Shown: in pieces, positions 38,000 through 46,463 of the stretch
How positions within the stretch are numbered: the first letter of the stretch is position 1
Layout: each line of letters starts with the position of its first letter
Virus record (IMG/VR): IMGVR_UViG_3300020036_011017
Span: 10,494 to 74,493 of that record
Source of the DNA: a virus
Taxonomy: Duplodnaviria; Caudoviricetes
DNA length: 64,000 nucleotides
Reading direction: 5' to 3' (one strand)
Notes under the pieces: generated by a model
Seen by the model: the letters and a program-made list of their open reading frames with translations, nothing else
What the model was told of the DNA's origin: nothing
Databases searched by the model: none
Program-made: the position numbers and the translations under genes

Positions 38000-38086
38000 G
38001 GAGAGTCCCAAGAAGGCAGGGATGTCTAAATTCTTTAGCAATATAAAGAGTAAAGACAGATAGAGGTTCGAAGCCTTTCCTTTCCA
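38000..38086 (+). ncRNA. tRNA-like element with an extended anticodon arm
   Basis: Acceptor GGAGAG/CTTTCC, D-like TCCC-AAGAAGGCA-GGGA, stem TGTCT/AGACA enclosing a 26-nt hairpin, T arm AGAGG-TTCGAAG-CCTTT. Confidence 0.55.
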
Positions 38087-38131
38087 CGAGAAATCCAACA
38101 CCGAGTCGACGGGCACAGGGGCACTGGTATT

Positions 38132-38168
38132 ATAAGCAACAGCTCTAAACTCTGTTGCTTATTTTTTT
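38132..38168 (+). terminator. Rho-independent terminator
   Basis: ATAAGCAACAG-CTCTAAACT-CTGTTGCTTAT followed by a T run. Confidence 0.75.
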
Positions 38169-38200
38169 AACTTATCTATTAATTAAAAATATCTAAAACT

Positions 38201-38578
38201 ATGAAGTCAATTCGTTCGCTCTTCATTTTAATCATCGGGATGATGGTTTTAACAGTCACGGCCAAAACTACAGCCAAACTGGAGCAAAAACAAAACGTAG
38301 AACTAACTGTAGGTTTAATACCTCAAGTTGCTACTCTACAAGTAGTACAAATGTTTTCAGTTTTCTCAAATGAGGTAGCTGTAGTTAAAAATGTAGATTT
38401 TCAAAAACCCTTTTACACAGCATCGATTGATGTAGGATTGGTTTCTAAGAAAACTATATTATATACCACGCACTCCTTGTTGCCGAAAAATTCAATCACT
38501 GACTACTGTCGAATTCAAGAACGAAGGTGTAGCCAGGAAATGAATATACAATACAAAAAGATCCCGGATATTTGTTAG
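38201..38578 (+). CDS. Hypothetical secreted or membrane protein
   Basis: N-terminal signal-like segment MKSIRSLFILIIGMMVLTVTA. Confidence 0.65.
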   Translation: MKSIRSLFILIIGMMVLTVTAKTTAKLEQKQNVELTVGLIPQVATLQVVQMFSVFSNEVAVVKNVDFQKPFYTASIDVGLVSKKTILYTTHSLLPKNSITDYCRIQERRCSQEMNIQYKKIPDIC

Positions 38579-38598
38579 GTAATTTCCAAACAAATTAC

Positions 38599-38631
38599 AA
38601 AAGCCTCTGTTAAAACAATAGAGGCTTTTTT
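38599..38631 (+). terminator. Rho-independent terminator
   Basis: AAAAGCCTCT-GTTAAAACAAT-AGAGGCTTTTTT. Confidence 0.75.
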
Positions 38632-38635
38632 ATAT

Positions 38636-38711
38636 GACAGATATAGCTCAGTTGGTTAGAGTACTACTTTGTGAGAAGTAGAAGCCGTAGGTTCGAGTCC
38701 TGCTATCAGTC
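38636..38711 (+). tRNA. tRNA-His(GTG) with G-1:C73 and an 8-nt anticodon loop
   Basis: 8-bp acceptor GACAGATA/TATCAGTC, D arm GCTCAGTTGGTTAGAGT, anticodon arm CTACT-TTGTGAGA-AGTAG, T arm GTAGG-TTCGAGT-CCTGC. Confidence 0.75.
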
Positions 38712-38743
38712 CGAAACATTATTAACTAAAACAAAAACAAGAG

Positions 38744-38962
38744 ATGGCAGCAGCAACACTAAAATTATTTTTACTACAAAACTTAGCTACTCAGTATGCT
38801 GACTTACAAGCAGCTGGAGTTCTAGTAAAGAAAGACAACGAGAACTATTATGATGGAGTGGAAACCTATACCTTCCTAACTGCTACATTCATAGTAAAAA
38901 AGAAACTTGGAGTAGTTACATCTATTTTAATTGATGCAGCAAAAGTTCCAGCATTAGCATAA
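38744..38962 (+). CDS. Small hypothetical protein
   Basis: 72-aa ORF with A-rich leader. Confidence 0.65.
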   Translation: MAAATLKLFLLQNLATQYADLQAAGVLVKKDNENYYDGVETYTFLTATFIVKKKLGVVTSILIDAAKVPALA

Positions 38963-39076
38963 ATAATTATTATAGCCTATAAATGCTCAGCCCTTGGAAT
39001 CATAGGTATATACTTTTCTAAGCTATAATAAATACTAATCAAAGCTGAAATATCCGTGGATATTCTCTTAGATTTT

Positions 39077-39145
39077 AGAGAGTTGCTAGAATGGCCATAG
39101 TACAGCTGATCCCTGTATATGGGGGTTCGAATCCCTCACTCTCTT
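39077..39145 (+). tRNA. Atypical tRNA-like gene (nominal anticodon GAT, Ile), possibly a pseudo-tRNA
   Basis: Acceptor AGAGAGT/ACTCTCT, D arm CTA-GAATGGCCA-TAG, anticodon arm TACAG-CTGATCC-CTGTA, T arm GGGGG-TTCGAAT-CCCTC; pyrimidine at position 37. Confidence 0.5.
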
Positions 39146-39238
39146 CAAGATACTGGTAAAAAGAATATAGGCTAATATAGATCTTGAAAATCTATTAGAC
39201 GGTTAGTACCCGTGACAGATGCTCCAACGAGCTAGTCT

Positions 39239-39472
39239 ATGTTCTTTTTATATTTTAAACTAATAAAAAATAAAAGAATGAAAATAGCAAAGGCAATCTT
39301 GACAATAATTCTATTGCTAGTTTTATTATCAATACCAAGACTAATAAGCTTCTTGCTACACTTAGTCATTAGAATCGTAACTATAGCTAATAATACTCTT
39401 CGATTTCTCATCAAGTCAATAGAAGAAGAGTTTAACAAAGAACAAAATGGGAACCAAAGTAAAAAAGACTAA
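39239..39472 (+). CDS. Small membrane protein (start may be Met 39278)
   Basis: MKIAKAILTIILLLVLLSIP hydrophobic segment; overlaps the terS start. Confidence 0.55.
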   Translation: MFFLYFKLIKNKRMKIAKAILTIILLLVLLSIPRLISFLLHLVIRIVTIANNTLRFLIKSIEEEFNKEQNGNQSKKD

Positions 39473-39854
39473 GACAGCAGTTCTCTCTGAAAAATTAGCA
39501 GCAGATTCTCTACTTATTAATAAAGCATTAGATCTTGGACAAACCTCAAAGTCTATGATTATGAAAGGCACAGGACTAAAACTCTATGAGATTAATAATG
39601 TCTTTCAAAAAGATAGAGATACTTATGCTAAGTTCAAAATAATGAGAGGCACTCTTGTAGATATAGCTGCTGACAATATGCAGAATATTCTACAATCTCC
39701 AGGGCATCCAAGTCACTTTGCTGCTACTAAGTATATCTTACAGACCTACAAGTCAGACTTAGATGATAGTATGGTAGAGAAAAAAGGAGACTCACTAGAG
39801 ATTGAAACAGGTAAAGGGAAAAAAAGCCCAATTAAGATTAGATTCGGTAAATAA
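39447..39854 (+). CDS. Terminase small subunit (probable)
   Basis: Directly upstream of terL; helical body and beta-strand C-terminus (PIKIRFGK). Confidence 0.65.
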   Translation: MGTKVKKTKTAVLSEKLAADSLLINKALDLGQTSKSMIMKGTGLKLYEINNVFQKDRDTYAKFKIMRGTLVDIAADNMQNILQSPGHPSHFAATKYILQTYKSDLDDSMVEKKGDSLEIETGKGKKSPIKIRFGK

Positions 39855-39865
39855 CTAACTTCATT

Positions 39866-41128
39866 ATGGGTAGGCCAAAGAAAAAAGAATTAGTAATAAA
39901 TCCAACCTTCGAGCCGCTCTTTGAAGATCATTTAGATATACCAAGATACTACCAAGTATATGGAGGCCGTGGCTCTGGTAAGTCATTTGTAGTTGCTATA
40001 ATGGCAGTACAAAAAACCTATTCTCCATTCAAACATAAAATACTCTATCTTAGACAGACTATGACCTCATCAGAGGACTCTACAATTGCAGACGTTAGAT
40101 CAGCTATTGAGTATTTAGGTTTAGAGAGAGATTTTAGAGAAAGAAATAATACAATAGTTAATATAAGAACAGGTTCTACGATTAGCTTCAAGGGAATCAG
40201 ATCTACAGGAACTCAAACAGCTAAGCTTAAATCTTTATCAGGAGTAACAATCTTGATAGTAGAGGAAGCAGAAGAGGTAGAGTCATTTGAAGAATTCTCT
40301 AAAGTTGATGAGTCAATAAGAATTAAAGGAAAACCGCTTCAAGTAATCTTAATCTATAATCCAACTTCTTCTGTATCCTCTTGGATCCACAAAGAGTGGT
40401 TTAAAGAAGGAGAGCCATTAAGAGAGAGACTAGATGATACATTATATCTACACAGTACCTATCTTGATAACATTGAGAATCTTAATGAGTCAGTAGTTAA
40501 AAGATATGAGAGTTTAAAAACATCTAATCCAATCTACTATACTCAAACGATTTTAGCAGAATGGACTCTTGAAGTTGAAGGAAAGATCTATGATGGTTGG
40601 AACAGATACGAATTTAATGAGAACATCGGAGATGTATGGTATGGATTAGACTTTGGATATGGAGGAAAAGATAAAACTTCATTGATTGAGATTAACTATT
40701 TTGAGAAGACATACTACGTAAGAGAATTATTTTCAGAAGCTAAACTTTCTATTAGAAAAACTTTGACCAAATTAAAAGAAGCCAATCTACCTTTTACAGC
40801 TAAGATCTATGCAGATTCTGCTATGCCACTATTAATAGAAGAAATTCGATTAGGAGGCTATACAGGAATTAGAAAGTGTCTTAAAGGAAATGTAGAGGCA
40901 GGGATTAAAAAAGTACAAGATAAAGATATCGTAATGGTAGGAGATGATAAGTCAGGACTCTACTATGGTTATATGACATTCAAAAGAGATAAGAAAGGAA
41001 ATCTGCCACACGAGCCAGATGAATTAGCAGCTCTTAGATATGGTATCAATAGTAAAGTACCAAGTAAAAATCCTCAAGGTACAGAGAGAAGACCAGCAAG
41101 AAGAAAAGTAAGCAGCAAATATATCTAA
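39866..41128 (+). CDS. terL: Terminase large subunit (PBSX/Terminase_3-like)
   Basis: YGGRGSGKS, KLKSLSG, IVEEAEE, YNP, HSTYLDN, YGLDFGYG, YADSA and HEPD. Confidence 0.92.
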   Translation: MGRPKKKELVINPTFEPLFEDHLDIPRYYQVYGGRGSGKSFVVAIMAVQKTYSPFKHKILYLRQTMTSSEDSTIADVRSAIEYLGLERDFRERNNTIVNIRTGSTISFKGIRSTGTQTAKLKSLSGVTILIVEEAEEVESFEEFSKVDESIRIKGKPLQVILIYNPTSSVSSWIHKEWFKEGEPLRERLDDTLYLHSTYLDNIENLNESVVKRYESLKTSNPIYYTQTILAEWTLEVEGKIYDGWNRYEFNENIGDVWYGLDFGYGGKDKTSLIEINYFEKTYYVRELFSEAKLSIRKTLTKLKEANLPFTAKIYADSAMPLLIEEIRLGGYTGIRKCLKGNVEAGIKKVQDKDIVMVGDDKSGLYYGYMTFKRDKKGNLPHEPDELAALRYGINSKVPSKNPQGTERRPARRKVSSKYI

Positions 41129-41143
41129 TTAAATCTTATCATT

Positions 41144-41410
41144 ATGTTATTAAAAATTTTTGTCAAAAGAAAAACTCACGGAGAGCTATGCAACGCACAT
41201 ATTAAAGACGATGTAGAAGGAGAAACAATAGTAGAAGAGTTTCACGAAGCTTCTGAAATTAGAAAGATCATAACCAAGAATGGATTCTTATTCAAAATGA
41301 ATGGAGTTGATTTTTTAGAAGCAGTTGTTTTTTTGTCTGCTGCTTCTTTACCTGTAGTCCCATTTGACTTTTTCATAACTTTGATTTTTAAAAATTTGTA
41401 TTCTGTTTGA
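41144..41410 (+). CDS. Hypothetical protein (3' half overlaps a minus-strand ORF)
   Basis: 88-aa ORF after terL; competes with the minus-strand ORF at 41242-41376. Confidence 0.35.
   Translation: MLLKIFVKRKTHGELCNAHIKDDVEGETIVEEFHEASEIRKIITKNGFLFKMNGVDFLEAVVFLSAASLPVVPFDFFITLIFKNLYSV
41242..41376 (-). CDS. Small hypothetical protein (44 aa, not in the ORF track)
   Basis: MKKSNGTTGKEAADKKTTASKKSTPFILNKNPFLVMIFLISEAS with A-rich leader, downstream of 41415-41657. Confidence 0.4.
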   Translation of the reverse strand: MKKSNGTTGKEAADKKTTASKKSTPFILNKNPFLVMIFLISEAS

Positions 41411-41414
41411 TTAT

Positions 41415-41657
41415 TTATAGATTTCCGTACCCGTTACCTTTCGAGTTCAATTGCTTGAACTTTCCATCAGTACGTTTTTTGCCTATTAAGACTTGAGTCA
41501 AAACACCCATACCATATTGATCTACTATCTGTTGTTTTATAACAGTTACGTTTGCACCTTGAGCTATAAACTCATCTCTTTGAGTTTTATAACAAATCTT
41601 ATTTAGCTTTGATTGTTCAGCTTTAAGATTTTTAGCAAGTGTTTCAATTGGTTCCAT
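41415..41657 (-). CDS. Hypothetical protein
   Basis: 80 aa, directly behind a minus-strand promoter cassette. Confidence 0.75.
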   Translation of the reverse strand: MEPIETLAKNLKAEQSKLNKICYKTQRDEFIAQGANVTVIKQQIVDQYGMGVLTQVLIGKKRTDGKFKQLNSKGNGYGNL

Positions 41658-41735
41658 GGTGTTTGTTTTTAAATTTCTACTCTATAAAGATAAGAAATTC
41701 TAATCATAGAAAAAACTATTTTGCTAAAACTTTTT
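41658..41735 (-). promoter_or_regulatory. Promoter/leader cassette, copy 6 (minus strand)
   Basis: Reverse complement contains TTATCTTTATAGAGTAGAAATTTAAAAACAAAC. Confidence 0.8.
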
Positions 41736-41798
41736 GAAAGATATTATTTGTTCCAATTGGTTTTGGAGATCATTGTATTGATACAGTATTATAATAAG

Positions 41799-41866
41799 CG
41801 CTGTGATTAAAAGTCTTTTTGGTTATATACATTTAATTACATTCATATAATGAATCTCTTTTAACG
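41799..41866. repeat. 68-bp element, copy H
   Basis: Ends GAATCTCTTTTAACG, identical to the end of copy A; begins CG exactly 68 nt away. Confidence 0.6.
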
Positions 41867-41998
41867 CTTCTTTTTCTTTGGTGTTAGATGAGTATTTTTC
41901 TTTCTAACTTTCTGCCATTTCATTTTTCCTTCTTGCATTGCTGAGTCGAATTCTTTTGGCTGTCTTATTAATTCTGGGTCTCTTGTTGATGGTGCCAT
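41861..41998 (-). CDS. Small basic protein (45 aa, not in the ORF track)
   Basis: MAPSTRDPELIRQPKEFDSAMQEGKMKWQKVRKKNTHLTPKKKKR with an A-rich leader. Confidence 0.45.
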   Translation of the reverse strand: MAPSTRDPELIRQPKEFDSAMQEGKMKWQKVRKKNTHLTPKKKKR

Positions 41999-41999
41999 A

Positions 42000-43380
42000 T
42001 TATTTTTATTTACTTTATGAGATAAGTTAATTCACAAAATCCAATTGGACCTCTGAGAGATCACAGGAGCGACAAACATAATTCTCCAATCTATTGGTAC
42101 CAACTCTTGGAGATAATTGTTTAGAAAGCCAATTTGCGATGACGCTCGAAACTAAAATTCTTGATGTATTGATACATTAGCTATAAAGATCATTACTTAG
42201 AGGAGCTATAAAAAGCTTTTCTAAAAAACAACTATTTAGACAAGAATTTTAAAAGCTACATAGCTCTCGTCTAAGCGATCCTTAGGAGGCGACTGTCCTT
42301 AGGGCATTGAGGCCAAAAAAGTTCTTAGCAAATTCGGTGGTCTAAGCTATCTTAGCAGAGCTATTTTAGCGCTCTCCATTTGTAAAAACCAATTTGCTAA
42401 ATCAGGTTTGGCAGAACGCTTCTAAAAAAGTCTTTTAGAAAACAACTATTTTCTGTTAAAGTTTAGCTCGAAACTAAATTTCTATTAAACAAGTTTTTTC
42501 TTAGAAAACTTCTTTGTAAATTTATACTGGTGTCTAGTGCTAGGTACTGTGTATAACAAGGTACCTGCCACTAGTGGGGTGTAGAAAATTCTTCTTGTGC
42601 AACTTGTGTAATCTAAATTTTCTATTCTCTAAAATCTTCTTTGCTAAAATTTGGTTTTTAGAAAACAAGTTTCTAAGAAAAACTTTAACAGAATAAATTT
42701 GGATAATAGAAGAGTTGTTTAGAAGACCTCTGTTGCAAAACCTGATTTTAGAAAAACGGTTTTTCTATAACTGATTTTTACAGACAGCTGTAGATAGAAT
42801 TCATTTCGATAGACAGATCATTGTAGATCGTCTAATACCCCCAAGGTGAGAAGAAAAAATCTATCGCTCTAAGACATCTTAGAATAGCTAAATTCTTTTA
42901 GCTAAAAATAGTTGGATCTTATTATAGAAATCTCTATCTTTATGCTGATGCACTTTTTTGAAATGAGCTAAATAGATTAGCTATAATCATTTAGAAAAAT
43001 TCTATTGTGGGTATGGTTTGCCTAAAAAGATTTTAGCTCACAGGCTTTTAGAATGGCTCAAGTTAGACTAGGGCACCAGCATAAAGGTAGTGAATAGTTT
43101 TCTATTAGACAACTATTTTGCTAAGAAATTTTAGAGAAATTCTATCATTTGTATTGCTGAGAATCGAGTATACTTTTATGATTGAATAATGTACTTAATG
43201 AGATGTTCTTTTTAAACAGAAAAATTTGATAGAATTTAGCTTTAAATCAATAGATTTTAGAAAATTCTATTTTCGCGCAACCAGTGATCTGAATGTCGCT
43301 TTTAAGGGGGTAAACATATAAATATTTTAATCTAATCAGGCTTTGCTAAAACTGGTTTTTGAAGCGAGATTGATACACCA
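42000..43380. other. Long repeat-rich non-coding region (candidate origin, terminus or packaging region)
   Basis: About 1.4 kb with no credible ORF; long imperfect inverted repeat 42384-42464 / 42680-42764; several motifs reused elsewhere in the window. Confidence 0.65.
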
Positions 43381-44067
43381 ATGATTAACGTAAAGATTAG
43401 AAAGTTAATGGAGTTTTCAGTAGAGAACGGTGCTACAGAATCTGAGGTAGAGAATGCTATCAAACTTGCACAAAGGCTGATGCTAAAACACAATTTGGAT
43501 AAAGCAGATATCGAGATCACTGTAGAGGATATATCAGAATTGGACATTCCTTGTACTTGGAAGAAAGGAACAGAGTCAAAGTTATTTCTTCACGATCTTT
43601 TAAGAGTGATTGCAGACAGTTTAAACTGCCGCATAATCAGAATGAATGCCAACACACCGAGTGCGGCTTATCGCATCGTAGGTCTTACAGAAGACAGAGA
43701 GATGACAAATCAAATCTTCCATTCAGTATTGCCACAGGTTAGAAATCTGACCAAAGCACGTTACAAAGAATCTGATAAGACATTGTCTATTGTAAAATTC
43801 ACAATCTCATACCAAACTGGTTTTGTCGCAGGCTTAGCTTTAAAGCTTAAAGCAGACAAAGAAGAGTACATCAAACTTGAGAACTCAGAGGCCTTTGGAC
43901 TTATGATTGTTAAAAAAGAAGCTTTGATAGCTGATTGGATTGCAAATAAGATGTCTATTGTTTCTAAAAATAGAAAGAAAATTGATCTCGATGCTGACGC
44001 CTTTTCAAAAGGTAAGGCTGATGGATCTAATAAAAATATCAATGCCGAATTAGGCACAGGAGTTTAA
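43381..44067 (+). CDS. DUF2786-like protein
   Basis: KIRKLMEFS...ATESEVENAIKLAQRLMLKHNL N-terminus and C-terminal SYQTGF...AFSKGKADG. Confidence 0.7.
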   Translation: MINVKIRKLMEFSVENGATESEVENAIKLAQRLMLKHNLDKADIEITVEDISELDIPCTWKKGTESKLFLHDLLRVIADSLNCRIIRMNANTPSAAYRIVGLTEDREMTNQIFHSVLPQVRNLTKARYKESDKTLSIVKFTISYQTGFVAGLALKLKADKEEYIKLENSEAFGLMIVKKEALIADWIANKMSIVSKNRKKIDLDADAFSKGKADGSNKNINAELGTGV

Positions 44068-44091
44068 ATTTCTACAAAAATTATTCTTCAA

Positions 44092-44117
44092 AGTCCTGGC
44101 CTCCAAAGCCAGGCTTT
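44092..44117 (+). terminator. Probable terminator hairpin
   Basis: CCTGGC-CTCCAAA-GCCAGG followed by CTTT. Confidence 0.55.
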
Positions 44118-44180
44118 CCTGTGTTTAGTTCTAGGTACTAGGTAATACACAGTACCTGCTACTAGAAAATTTCTAAAAGT

Positions 44181-44259
44181 TTTTTGCTAAATAGTTTTTT
44201 CTATCAATAGAATTCTATATCTTTACAGAGTAGAAATTTAAAAAATAGAAATTATGACA
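44181..44259 (+). promoter_or_regulatory. Promoter/leader cassette, copy 7
   Basis: Identical to 7513-7591. Confidence 0.8.
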
Positions 44260-44676
44260 AAGATTGATTCCATCAAACAGTTAAGCGATGCACAACTTAC
44301 AGTTGTGAAAAAACTACAGAGCAAAGGGTATGCAAGAAGAGGAGTTCCTCAATACCAAAAAGCTATTTACCAAAAGGCTTTAAGAGCCCTTGATAGCCTT
44401 AATATTCAAATTGAGAAGATTGAGTATAATCAGAGTGCAGTAATTAAGCTCTTGCAGAGATCAGGTCTCTCAGCATCTAGGAAGTACGCAACAGCTATTA
44501 GAGGCTATTGTACCTATTCAAAAGGCTATGAGGTAGATAATAAATACGCTGTCTCTTATATCAGCTTACATCACGTAGATGAAGTAATGATAGAGAATCT
44601 AAAAAGCTTGTTTGCTCATCAGTCGATTAATGCAAGCATAGATTCTAATGGTATCTCTTTAAAGAAAGCGCTATGA
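44254..44676 (+). CDS. Hypothetical protein
   Basis: 140 aa behind cassette 7. Confidence 0.75.
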   Translation: MTKIDSIKQLSDAQLTVVKKLQSKGYARRGVPQYQKAIYQKALRALDSLNIQIEKIEYNQSAVIKLLQRSGLSASRKYATAIRGYCTYSKGYEVDNKYAVSYISLHHVDEVMIENLKSLFAHQSINASIDSNGISLKKAL

Positions 44677-44708
44677 GTACAGCACAGCCAAAAGATAAAA
44701 CAAAAATT

Positions 44709-45068
44709 ATGAAAACTCAAGTAAAGTTATTTAGTATTAAGCTATTAGAAGATCTGATTGATAGCAGTCATTTTATAAATATTACCAATGGCAATAGAGA
44801 TTTGAATGTAGTTAGTAGATTTGATTTAGGCATTCAACAAGAGATGCTTTATGCAGTTGAAAAATCTAATGGCGAATTTACTATCTTCAATAATAACCTA
44901 ATCAATACTCTTATCTTTGAAATGGGTCCTAAAGAAGAGAGAAATAATCCTGGTCCTGATATACGTAGAAAAAGATATCTATCATATCTAGATATTCGAA
45001 TCTGTATTCTTGAGTCTGATAGCATTGAGGAGATTAGAAGCTTTAAGCTCATAACTAAACAAGCATAG
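44709..45068 (+). CDS. Hypothetical protein (probable start 44709)
   Basis: Start context ATTATGAAAACTCAAGTAAA is shared with the gene at 21925. Confidence 0.7.
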   Translation: MKTQVKLFSIKLLEDLIDSSHFINITNGNRDLNVVSRFDLGIQQEMLYAVEKSNGEFTIFNNNLINTLIFEMGPKEERNNPGPDIRRKRYLSYLDIRICILESDSIEEIRSFKLITKQA

Positions 45069-45070
45069 CT

Positions 45071-45526
45071 ATGAGAATCAACGTCATAAATCCAAGATAT
45101 CTAACTGACCAACACCTTGTGGCTGAGTACAGAGAGACAAAGATGATTACTTACTACTATGTAAAATCCAGTGAGACAAAAGCTGGTATTGACAAAAGTA
45201 GAATTAGTGAAAGATATATTCTTAGCACAGGCCACGCTTATATGTGGTATGACAAATTTGGGTACATTGAAAAGAGATTTAAAGCTATATGCAAGGAAAT
45301 GAGAAGGCGTTCTTTTAAATGTGATTACACCAAGTTAAATTTTACGGGCATCCCAAAGCCTGCCTTTGGAGATTTCATTCCCACAGAGGAAGATATCGAA
45401 GTCAATTTGAGCAGAATCATAGATCGCCTCTACAAACAACCTGATTGGTACAGATATGAAGGCAAGAAAGTAGATAATTGGTATGGGTTTTATCACGACC
45501 TATTGGAGAAAGGAAAATTATTATGA
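45071..45526 (+). CDS. denV: Pyrimidine-dimer DNA glycosylase (T4 endonuclease V family)
   Basis: MRINVINP..LTDQHLVAEYRE, Y.LSTGHAYMWYDK.GYI.KRF..I..EM.RR, and C-terminal KPDWYRY-like motif. Confidence 0.9.
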   Translation: MRINVINPRYLTDQHLVAEYRETKMITYYYVKSSETKAGIDKSRISERYILSTGHAYMWYDKFGYIEKRFKAICKEMRRRSFKCDYTKLNFTGIPKPAFGDFIPTEEDIEVNLSRIIDRLYKQPDWYRYEGKKVDNWYGFYHDLLEKGKLL

Positions 45527-45735
45527 GCTGGATAAAAGTAGATGGTAGAGATAGCTTACCAAAGATGCAGTGTGAATGTTGGGTAGTAGATATGTATGGA
45601 AAAGTAACTCACGAGACTTATTACTTTGGACTGGGAGGCTTCATACAGTCAGCTACAATGGCAACCAGAGATCCAAAAATGAAAGTTATTCAATACTGGA
45701 TAATTGAAAAACCAGTGTCTCCAATAGTTTTTTAA
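45523..45735 (+). CDS. Small hypothetical protein (probable start 45523, MSWIKV)
   Basis: MSWIKVDGRDSLP...W motif typical of small phage DUF551-like proteins. Confidence 0.6.
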   Translation: MSWIKVDGRDSLPKMQCECWVVDMYGKVTHETYYFGLGGFIQSATMATRDPKMKVIQYWIIEKPVSPIVF

Positions 45736-45807
45736 AATCTTTTGCTATAATAGTTGTGTACTAAGTAGCTACTTCTTATATTTGTAGAGTATTAAAAGAT
45801 ACAGATT
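45731..45807 (+). promoter_or_regulatory. Promoter cassette variant, copy 8
   Basis: TTTTGCTATAATAGTTGTG...TTATATTTGTAGAGTA; contains an exact TAnnTTTG. Confidence 0.7.
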
Positions 45808-46276
45808 ATGACACTACAAGAATTAAATAGCACCTTTGGACTAACAGTTGAAATAGCTGAGTCAGTTAAAAATACTGCAGGCTACTATACTAAGAATGTA
45901 ATCTATATCTCTAATGATTTAGAGAGATTCATTGGTATCCAACCAAGCAGACCAAATAACTTTGGTAGCTATTTATTTCCTAATGTAATGTCTTTAATAA
46001 AAGGAGATCTTAGATCTACCTGCATTGCTCACGAGTTTGGTCACGCTATAGAAGATAGTTTCAGAGATGATAGTGACTTTAGAGATCTAAGATCTGTTTG
46101 TGATAGACTAGCTCCTAGATATATCAGTATACTCAGGAAGTAGACACCCATTGTCTACTTACAGCGAGGCTTTTGCAGAAGTGTTTGCTTTGTACATTTG
46201 CAATCCAAATGAGCTTCATAACTTATCTAATGAGCTTTTTGAAAAGATGAATGACTTTTACGTTTCATTTTTATAG
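45808..46276 (+). pseudogene. Frameshifted zincin-like metallopeptidase
   Basis: IAHEFGHAIE (HExxH) in frame 1; the downstream EAFAEVFALY motif is in the +1 frame, which is open from 46112 to TAG at 46274-46276. Confidence 0.7.
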
Positions 46277-46278
46277 CT

Positions 46279-46461
46279 ATGGAAGCTAAACTTGTGACTA
46301 TACAGCGATGGTTCAGTTCAGATGGTAAGACATTCTGGTATTGGATAGTAGATGAGTCTAACGAAGGCATAGATGGCTTCAGTAAAAAGTCACTAGCTAT
46401 TGATGCTATCAAGAGATGGAGCTATATTAGAACTAATAAGATTATCACTGATAGAAGATAA
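46279..46461 (+). CDS. Small hypothetical protein
   Basis: 60-aa ORF. Confidence 0.6.
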   Translation: MEAKLVTIQRWFSSDGKTFWYWIVDESNEGIDGFSKKSLAIDAIKRWSYIRTNKIITDRR

Positions 46462-46463
46462 TT

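Noticed and set aside
39077-39145. tmRNA half or selenocysteine tRNA
   Set aside because: Both acceptor strands are adjacent in 69 nt, with no tag ORF, no long variable arm and no TCA anticodon.
46100-46143. TAG reassignment or readthrough explaining the split peptidase
   Set aside because: The continuation is in a different frame, and TAG ends many genes exactly where the next gene starts, consistent with the standard code.
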